DNA of 64,000 bases from a virus (taxonomy: Duplodnaviria; Caudoviricetes). Shown piece after piece: positions 58,392 to 64,000 of this stretch (positions are counted from its first letter, which is position 1; each line of letters starts with the position of its first letter). The stretch is from positions 1 through 64,000 of the IMG/VR virus record IMGVR_UViG_2930248008_000005; one strand, 5' to 3'. The position numbers were made by a program, and so were the translations under genes. The notes below the pieces were generated by a model. That model ran no database searches and had not been told where the DNA came from. It was given only the letters and a program-made list of their open reading frames with translations.

Positions 58392-58859
58392 ATGGAGATG
58401 TACACGGTCGTCGGGGTGTGGCTGAACAATGCGCCGCTCGCGGTCGCCTCGCTGGGCCGCCCGACCCGCACCGACTGGGCCGGCGGCCTGACCGATGCCT
58501 TCCCCAGTGAGTTTCCGCAGGGATCGTGGGTGGAGCTGGTCCTTGCCGACTCGCACGATGCGGCGCAGCGGCGGGCCGAGGAGCTGATGCGGGCGAACGA
58601 CGAGAGCGGCGACGACGGCCAGGAGGGCGACGCGGGCGACGACGAGGGTGACGAGGACGGCCACTCCGCTGGCGACGGCTGCGGCATCTACGACACGGGC
58701 TATTGGGTCGAGACCGATGACGGCGGCTGTGCGGTCGAGGACCTGGAGGTGGGCGACGTCTTCGAGGACCGCGCTTACCCGGGTGACCGCTGGATCGCCA
58801 GCGAGGTCGTGGTCGTGGGCGACGACGTGCACGTTGACGTCGAGCGAGCCGACGACTGA
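58392..58859 (+). CDS. Array gene, very acidic hypothetical
   Basis: Between repeats. Confidence 0.8.
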   Translation: MEMYTVVGVWLNNAPLAVASLGRPTRTDWAGGLTDAFPSEFPQGSWVELVLADSHDAAQRRAEELMRANDESGDDGQEGDAGDDEGDEDGHSAGDGCGIYDTGYWVETDDGGCAVEDLEVGDVFEDRAYPGDRWIASEVVVVGDDVHVDVERADD

Positions 58860-58946
58860 TCCACCGCGCGCTGACGGTGACGGCCGGGCTACGAGCCCGG
58901 CCGGTCGCCGCCCGCCGCGCGGCGGGAGAAGGTGAGGATGGGATCG

Positions 58947-59330
58947 ATGGCGGTTCCGAGTGCGGATGAGCTGGACCGGATGTCGGACGACGAGCTGTTG
59001 GCGGCATTGAGGGCCTACCAGGACGCATACGACCGGCGGACGGAGAGCAAGTTGCTGCGGGTCGTCACAGAACAACTGGCGGCCTCCGGCGAGCTGGAGG
59101 CCGACGAGGAGCCGATCAAGGTCCTGTTCGACCCCTACAACTACCCCAACGGCTGGTACTACAAGGAGCGCAGCGCCCGGGTCTACCTCAAGGGCGATGA
59201 GGAGCCGTTCCTGTTCGACTTCGAGGGCGATGAGGTCAGCGGCCTGCTCGGCACGCTGAGCTACGAGGCCGGGGAGAAAACGGAATTGGTCGTCAACCTG
59301 GTTGACGGCACGGTCGACCACCTGGGATGA
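58947..59330 (+). CDS. Array gene, acidic hypothetical
   Basis: Between repeats. Confidence 0.8.
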   Translation: MAVPSADELDRMSDDELLAALRAYQDAYDRRTESKLLRVVTEQLAASGELEADEEPIKVLFDPYNYPNGWYYKERSARVYLKGDEEPFLFDFEGDEVSGLLGTLSYEAGEKTELVVNLVDGTVDHLG

Positions 59331-59411
59331 CCGCGCACTGACGGTGGCCGCCGGGCTTCGGGTCCGGCGGCTCGCCGCCTGCCGCGCGGCAGGAGAAAGG
59401 AGCGCCGAAGG

Positions 59412-59645
59412 ATGGCGCAGGCAAGCACGATCGAGTACGCGATCAGCCGGGACGGCGGCGAGACCTTCACGGTCCTGGAAGCGGGGGTGCCGTCGGAGCG
59501 GTTCACTCCGATCGTCGAACGGATCACCACGAACCGGAACACCCAGCCCGAGCTGAACAACGACGCCCTGCTGATCCGCGACCTCGACTCTCGGACCGTC
59601 TGGCGCCTGCGGGCCGAGGGAGCCGCACTGCCCGCCGCTTCGTGA
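59412..59645 (+). CDS. Array gene, hypothetical
   Basis: Between repeats; ends at the internal TGA. Confidence 0.75.
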   Translation: MAQASTIEYAISRDGGETFTVLEAGVPSERFTPIVERITTNRNTQPELNNDALLIRDLDSRTVWRLRAEGAALPAAS

Positions 59646-59710
59646 TGGTGGGGCACCGGCCGCCGCCGGTGCCCTCGCCACCTCCGAGCGGAGGAGAGAG
59701 TGAGGACGAC

Positions 59711-60118
59711 ATGGGAGCCTTGTCCGACCTGGAGATCGTCCTGCGGGGCCTGCGGTGCCTCCAGCCGGAAGAACTGGCCGACCTGGCCCCGATGGCCGGC
59801 ACGGGTCGCCCGAGCGGGCCGGAGACGCCCGGGGCGCACTACCTGGCGAGCCTGCGCGACGTGCTGGCCGACAAGATCGAGAGAGACGGCGGTGCGCCGG
59901 ATCCCGAGCTGGTGCCGGCGACGGTCAGCGTCTGGGACGTGGTTCCGGATGGGCGCACCGCCTGGGACACCTTCCTCGACCTGGAGGCGTTCCACACCGA
60001 CCACGCGCGCAAGCACCACCTGACGACAGACGGCGTGCGCATCGTGCTCGAACTGATCGGGTGCGACTTCTGGCGGGAACTGCTCACCGCCCACGTGCCG
60101 GAGCGGTTCTACCTCTGA
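59711..60118 (+). CDS. Array gene, hypothetical
   Basis: Between a family A and a family B repeat. Confidence 0.8.
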   Translation: MGALSDLEIVLRGLRCLQPEELADLAPMAGTGRPSGPETPGAHYLASLRDVLADKIERDGGAPDPELVPATVSVWDVVPDGRTAWDTFLDLEAFHTDHARKHHLTTDGVRIVLELIGCDFWRELLTAHVPERFYL

Positions 60119-60194
60119 CCTGACCGCTTCCGCCGCGCCTCGAACTGCCGGGGCGCGTGCGGTGGCCGCCAGGGCCAAGATGGAGGAGATGAAC

Positions 60195-60494
60195 GTGAAG
60201 CTGACGTTCGAGTGGGACGTGGCAGAACAGCACAAGCTGGAGATCGAGCTGGACGACCTGTTCGACTGGCTGGTCCGGGAGGGCGTGCTCGACAAGAACG
60301 ACCCGCGAACCCTGGAGACGCTCCAGGAGGTCTACAACGACACATGCGAAATCGAGAAGTTGCTGTGGATCTCGCAGGGCAAGGACACCGTCGTCCGTCG
60401 CGGCGTGAGAGGACTGACCTCCCACCCGTTCGAGACGCCGGAGCCCCGGGCGGAGCACCCGCACGACCACGGCGACTACAGCGACGTGCAGTGA
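60195..60494 (+). CDS. Array gene, acidic hypothetical; start 60189 or 60195
   Basis: Between family B repeats. Confidence 0.75.
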   Translation: MKLTFEWDVAEQHKLEIELDDLFDWLVREGVLDKNDPRTLETLQEVYNDTCEIEKLLWISQGKDTVVRRGVRGLTSHPFETPEPRAEHPHDHGDYSDVQ

Positions 60495-60568
60495 TCGCCT
60501 GACCGCTTCCGTCCGGCCCGCCTGACGCGGGCCGGGCAGTGGCCGCCAGGCCAGGACGAGGAGGAGAG

Positions 60569-60745
60569 ATGGACGAGCAGCAGCCGGAGGAGCCCGCCAA
60601 GCTGGACCACCAGCAGCTCATGAACATGCTGCGTGACAAGGCCGCAGAGCACGGCTGGTCGGTCGACTGGAGCTTCAAGGGCGACCAGTACGGCAACGGC
60701 GACCAGGAATACCAGGTCTGGTTCACGCCGACGAGCAGCACCTGA
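60569..60745 (+). CDS. Array gene, 58 aa hypothetical
   Basis: Between family B repeats. Confidence 0.75.
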   Translation: MDEQQPEEPAKLDHQQLMNMLRDKAAEHGWSVDWSFKGDQYGNGDQEYQVWFTPTSST

Positions 60746-60820
60746 CCGCTTCCGCCGCGCCCCGGGAACCGTGCGCCCCGGGGCGTGCGCGGTGGCCGCC
60801 AGGGCCAAGATGGAGGAGAA

Positions 60821-61141
60821 GTGGATCCGAAGACGAACGGCTCGACCGTGCGGCAGTTTCTCGACCTGTCGACGAGCCACCTGCCCGAGAAGGTCTGCGA
60901 CGGTCTCGGCGGCTACCCCGGCGTGACGGCGTACGAGCACACGGCGTACGGCTGGTTCGTGTGGGCGCCGAGTGACCCGAACCTCGACATCTACGAGAAG
61001 GTGCCCGAGGAAATCAAGGCGATCTGGCGGCATGCGCGCAAGCTCGGCTGCGAGTACGTGCTGCTGGAGCGGGACGCTGATGACGACCCCAACCTGCCGA
61101 CGTGGAACTGGAGTACGGGCGAGCGCCACGACCCTGCCTGA
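60821..61141 (+). CDS. DUF5983-like protein
   Basis: FLDLSTSHL...YGWFVW...P..I..I...AR..GCEYVLL..DA motif. Confidence 0.7.
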   Translation: MDPKTNGSTVRQFLDLSTSHLPEKVCDGLGGYPGVTAYEHTAYGWFVWAPSDPNLDIYEKVPEEIKAIWRHARKLGCEYVLLERDADDDPNLPTWNWSTGERHDPA

Positions 61142-61213
61142 CCGCTTCCGTCCGGCCCGCCCTTCGGGGCGGGCCGCGGCGGTGGCCGCCAGGGCCAGGA
61201 CGGAGGCAGCGAG

Positions 61214-61540
61214 ATGGAACGCGAGCCGCGACGGTGGCGAATGTACGCGGGAAGACTGAAGAGCCCGGTTGAGGGCCGGGAGTTCATGAACTTCGGTGAC
61301 CCGTGGTACGTGCGGGCGTACGGCCGAGAGCCGGTGCCCGTCGAGCTGACCGAGGACCCCGAGGGCACCTACTGGGGGTGGATCGACGCACCGGGTCACC
61401 CGCAGGCCGATGGCATGCCGGAGATGGTCCAGCCGCACTACGGCATGTTCACGATGCAGTTCCCCTACGGCCCCGAGGCCGAGCAGGAGCGAGGGAAGGG
61501 CGAGATCGTGCGCATGTCGGTGCGCGAGGTGTCGGAATGA
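61214..61540 (+). CDS. Array gene, conserved phage hypothetical (YWGW...F.MQFPYG...E...GKG)
   Basis: After a family B repeat. Confidence 0.8.
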   Translation: MEREPRRWRMYAGRLKSPVEGREFMNFGDPWYVRAYGREPVPVELTEDPEGTYWGWIDAPGHPQADGMPEMVQPHYGMFTMQFPYGPEAEQERGKGEIVRMSVREVSE

Positions 61541-61971
61541 CGCGCGAGGCGGTGCGGGAGATGCTACGCAACAACCCGCGCCGCTTCGGTTACGCACTGC
61601 GCAGGGCGCTCTGGACCCACGAGGCGATGGCGTTGCTACCCGGCCCGTACGGCTGGAATGACGGCGGCTGCCTGCTGCTGGCCGAAGGGCTGGTTGAGCT
61701 GCTGGGGCGAGAGGCGCGCGTCAGGGCGGTCGTCCGGGGCGGCACGCTGTACGCCCAGCACTTCGTGGTGCAGGAGGGGCGCTGGCACCTGGACGCGGAC
61801 GGGGCATGCCTGGAGGGCACCCTGCTGCGGCGCTGGGAAGAGCAGGAGTTGGTGCCGTCACCTCGGACGGCGCCGTTGCGCGCCGTCGACATCAGCGCAG
61901 GCACCCCTCGTAGCGCTGAGGTGTCCGCCTCCGTGCGGGACTTCCTCTGTGCGCGCCTGCCTTCGGCCTGA
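61537..61971 (+). CDS. Array gene with C-H-D triad-like motif (GGC..LA / QH.VV / LDADG), papain/transglutaminase-like candidate
   Basis: ATGA overlap; Cys, His, Asp in the expected order. Confidence 0.55.
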   Translation: MTREAVREMLRNNPRRFGYALRRALWTHEAMALLPGPYGWNDGGCLLLAEGLVELLGREARVRAVVRGGTLYAQHFVVQEGRWHLDADGACLEGTLLRRWEEQELVPSPRTAPLRAVDISAGTPRSAEVSASVRDFLCARLPSA

Positions 61972-62042
61972 CCGCTTCGGTCGGACTCGGGGCGACCCGA
62001 GTCCGGCTGTGGCCGCCAGGGCCAGGAAAGTGAGGCGAGGTA

Positions 62043-62330
62043 ATGAAGGGCGACAGCAGCCGGTGCGACCTGCCGGTAGGAACCTTCGTGGAGGTGACCG
62101 AGTACGGGGACGGCCAGCGGTACATCGCCGTGATCGTTGGCTACGACCTGGGGCGCAGCAAGTACGAGGTGGGGCACCGATACGCAGGCTGGGGCGAGTG
62201 GAGGTGGCTCGACGGTGGCGCCTGGGTCTTCCCGGGCGAGGTCGAGGAGATCAAAACCAAGGAGGTCAGCTTCGAGTCTGAAAACGTCGACGAGAAGCCG
62301 GGCGTCGTCACCTACACCATCCCCGCCTGA
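62043..62330 (+). CDS. Array gene; frame stays open past the TGA to 62432
   Basis: After a family B repeat; 33 further sense codons end at the TGA of the next repeat. Confidence 0.7.
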   Translation: MKGDSSRCDLPVGTFVEVTEYGDGQRYIAVIVGYDLGRSKYEVGHRYAGWGEWRWLDGGAWVFPGEVEEIKTKEVSFESENVDEKPGVVTYTIPA

Positions 62331-62506
62331 GTGACGGTGAGGTGCGAGCCCGACGCGAGCGACGTGGCACTGCGCACCCGATGGGTGCTCGACGAGGGAA
62401 CGACGTGGGACTCCTTCGACCACAACACCTGACCGCTTCGGGCGGACTCGGGGCGCACCCCCGAGCCCGCCAGTGGCCGCCAGGGCCGAGAGGGAGGACG
62501 CGAGCG

Positions 62507-63412
62507 ATGACGGAGGACAAGCGGCCCGTAACTGCCGATAGCACCCCGGCCGAGATTGACCAACGGCTGCTGGGGCTGGCGTGGGACAAGGCTCACCACC
62601 AGGCGATCCTGGGCGGCCGGAACGTCAGCGAGGAGCAGCGGGCAGCTGCGGAAGAGGCGTTGGCGCGGATCGCCGACGAGGAGAATCCGCTGGAGGCGGC
62701 ATATGAGCGCCGGCGGTGGACTCGGTGGTGGTGGGTGCCGAACGGGCACCTACACCGGGAGGGTGAGTGCTCGACGCTGTTCGAGAGCACCGAGCGGAAC
62801 CTGACCCCGCGGGCTAGCGGACTGAGCGACGAGGAGTTGGTCGGCAAGTTCGGGTGGCACGTCTGCACCGCCTGCTACCCCGACGCCCCGAAGGACCCCA
62901 ACTTCCGCACCCCGGGCACGTACGCGGCCGAGCAGGCAGCCGCCGACGGGTGGTGCCTGAACAAGGTGCCGGCGAGGATGAGCCGCAGATGGCACGGCTA
63001 CGGCAGTTGCGGGGAGTGTGACGCGGGCGGGGTGCCGGTGTCCAGCCGGGGCAACCTGCGCAAGCACAAGCACCAGCGGATGGCCGATGACGCCGCCCGC
63101 GAGGCGCGGATCAACGACCCGAAGCTGATTGGCGCCGCCACTGGCGAGCCGCTGAAGGTGGACGGCTCGGAGATCAGAACCCGCCGCACGGCCGAGATCG
63201 AGTGGGTGCGGCACATGGAGAACGGCGATGAGCGCGGTTGGGCCAGTAACCGCGCTTGGCAGGCCGAGCAGCGAGAGTTCGCTCGACAGATCGCGGAGGC
63301 GCTGGCCGCCAAGGACGGGGTGAGCGTCGAGGAGATCGAGGCTCGACTCCAGCCGAAGCTGGAAGCCAAGATCCGCAAGTTCGAGCGCGACCGGGAAACG
63401 GCCGGACGCTGA
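62507..63412 (+). CDS. Array gene, Cys/His-rich hypothetical (GHLH...CSTL...CTACYPDAP)
   Basis: Between a family B and a family A repeat. Confidence 0.8.
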   Translation: MTEDKRPVTADSTPAEIDQRLLGLAWDKAHHQAILGGRNVSEEQRAAAEEALARIADEENPLEAAYERRRWTRWWWVPNGHLHREGECSTLFESTERNLTPRASGLSDEELVGKFGWHVCTACYPDAPKDPNFRTPGTYAAEQAAADGWCLNKVPARMSRRWHGYGSCGECDAGGVPVSSRGNLRKHKHQRMADDAAREARINDPKLIGAATGEPLKVDGSEIRTRRTAEIEWVRHMENGDERGWASNRAWQAEQREFARQIAEALAAKDGVSVEEIEARLQPKLEAKIRKFERDRETAGR

Positions 63413-63491
63413 CCGTACGGGTGATGGTGTGGCATCGGGCGCGAGCCCGGTGCCGCGCCACCTCCGTGCGGAGGAGAGAGTGAGGTCAGGG

Positions 63492-64000
63492 ATGACCTAC
63501 GCGGTGATTGAGCGACTCCCGGATGGTCGGGAGTGCATCCTGGGCGTCGGCTTCACGGACGCGCCGGGATACCCCGACGACAGTCAGCTGTGGGCGCCGA
63601 AGCGGTGGGCGGTGCTGCTGACGCACGAGGACGTCCTGGTCGACGGGGTCTGGCGGGAGGTGGCACCGGCCGAGCCGACGGACCATGGCGTGGTGGGCGG
63701 CGACGGGCAGCTCAGTACGGCCTGGGGCCGGAGGTTCGCCCGCCGAATGCCCGACGGGTTGTGGGCGGTGATCGACCACTTCTTCTACGTCGAGACCGAC
63801 GTGATGCACGAGAGCGGCGAGCGGTGGCTGACCGAGGGGATCTGGCGCACCGCCTGCCGGGACCTGCGCGACGTGGGTGGCACCGAGGAGTGGGCCGACA
63901 CCCCCGAGTACAAGGGCCTGGACACGGTCGGCGAGGTCACCGACCGGGACGCCTACGGCCGGTGCGACCTGCTGACCGGCGAGTACGACTGGAACGGGGA
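63492..64000 (+). CDS. Array gene, truncated by the window end
   Basis: ATG after the repeat at 63410; frame open to the end. Confidence 0.75.
   Translation, partial: MTYAVIERLPDGRECILGVGFTDAPGYPDDSQLWAPKRWAVLLTHEDVLVDGVWREVAPAEPTDHGVVGGDGQLSTAWGRRFARRMPDGLWAVIDHFFYVETDVMHESGERWLTEGIWRTACRDLRDVGGTEEWADTPEYKGLDTVGEVTDRDAYGRCDLLTGEYDWNG

Larger units (their letters stand above)
60119..62506 (+). repeat. Family B intergenic structured repeat, 6 copies
   Basis: CCTGACCGCTTC-[variable hairpin]-GTGGCCGCCAGG(G)CCR-RBS at 60119, 60498, 60741, 61137, 61967, 62428. Confidence 0.92.
43141..63491 (+). repeat. Family A intergenic structured repeat, 37 copies of ~80-110 nt
   Basis: Consensus TGA-CCGTGCG-CTGA-YGGTG-[variable GC hairpin]-YGCCR-CC[stem]-GCACG-[stem]GG-AGRRAGYGAGG-N5-10-start. 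Copies start near 43141, 43621, 44097, 44545, 44807, 45455, 45960, 46431, 46876, 47089, 47733, 48156, 48524, 49200, 49610, 49936, 50731, 51068, 51564, 51945, 52219, 52775, 53325, 53691, 54296, 54769, 55323, 55684, 56588, 56988, 57498, 57990, 58308, 58857, 59328, 59632, 63410. Confidence 0.95.
1..64000. mobile_element. Actinobacterial siphovirus genome segment (phage/prophage); both ends lie outside the window
   Basis: Canonical terminase-portal-capsid-tail-lysis order, a tyrosine recombinase, many small phage-type ORFs, very high GC, no housekeeping genes. Confidence 0.95.

Noticed and set aside
43141-63491. Array repeats as a CRISPR array
   Set aside because: The intervening sequences are whole genes of 130-900 bp, and the repeats vary in sequence while keeping structure
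43141-63491. Array repeats as simple intrinsic terminators or REP elements
   Set aside because: No U-tract; fixed orientation and register to both stop and RBS; three covarying helices rather than a single hairpin. A terminator side-function cannot be fully excluded in actinobacteria
43141-63491. Element as hammerhead ribozyme (CTGATG) or classical attC
   Set aside because: CUGANGA is mostly CTGAYGG and GAAA does not follow stem II; attC RYYYAAC/GTTRRRY cores are absent

Overview
The whole window is a high-GC actinobacterial siphovirus (phage or prophage) with no host genes visible. Left part (1-8.8 kb): a tyrosine recombinase, an antisense HNH gene and a run of translationally coupled hypothetical genes. 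Middle (8.9-40.7 kb, minus strand): a complete packaging, head, tail and lysis operon, including a PhoD-like tail-region protein. A three-repeat type I-E CRISPR-like locus lies antisense inside the lysis region. Next is a ~2 kb low-GC non-coding block (40.8-42.7 kb) with paired operator-like repeats, four tandem TTGACA promoters, an rRNA-leader-like boxA and a ~900 nt hairpin-rich candidate large ncRNA. The main discovery is the right part (42.8-64 kb, plus strand): about 46 small, unrelated genes, nearly all separated by a conserved ~80-110 nt structured element (37 copies of family A, 6 of family B, counted by eye). Each element runs from the upstream stop codon to the downstream RBS, and family A shows compensatory base changes in three helices. 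This looks like a cassette-like gene array built on a repeated pseudoknot or switch RNA (or ssDNA) element that I cannot assign to a known family. All product calls come from motif recognition by eye; no searches were run.
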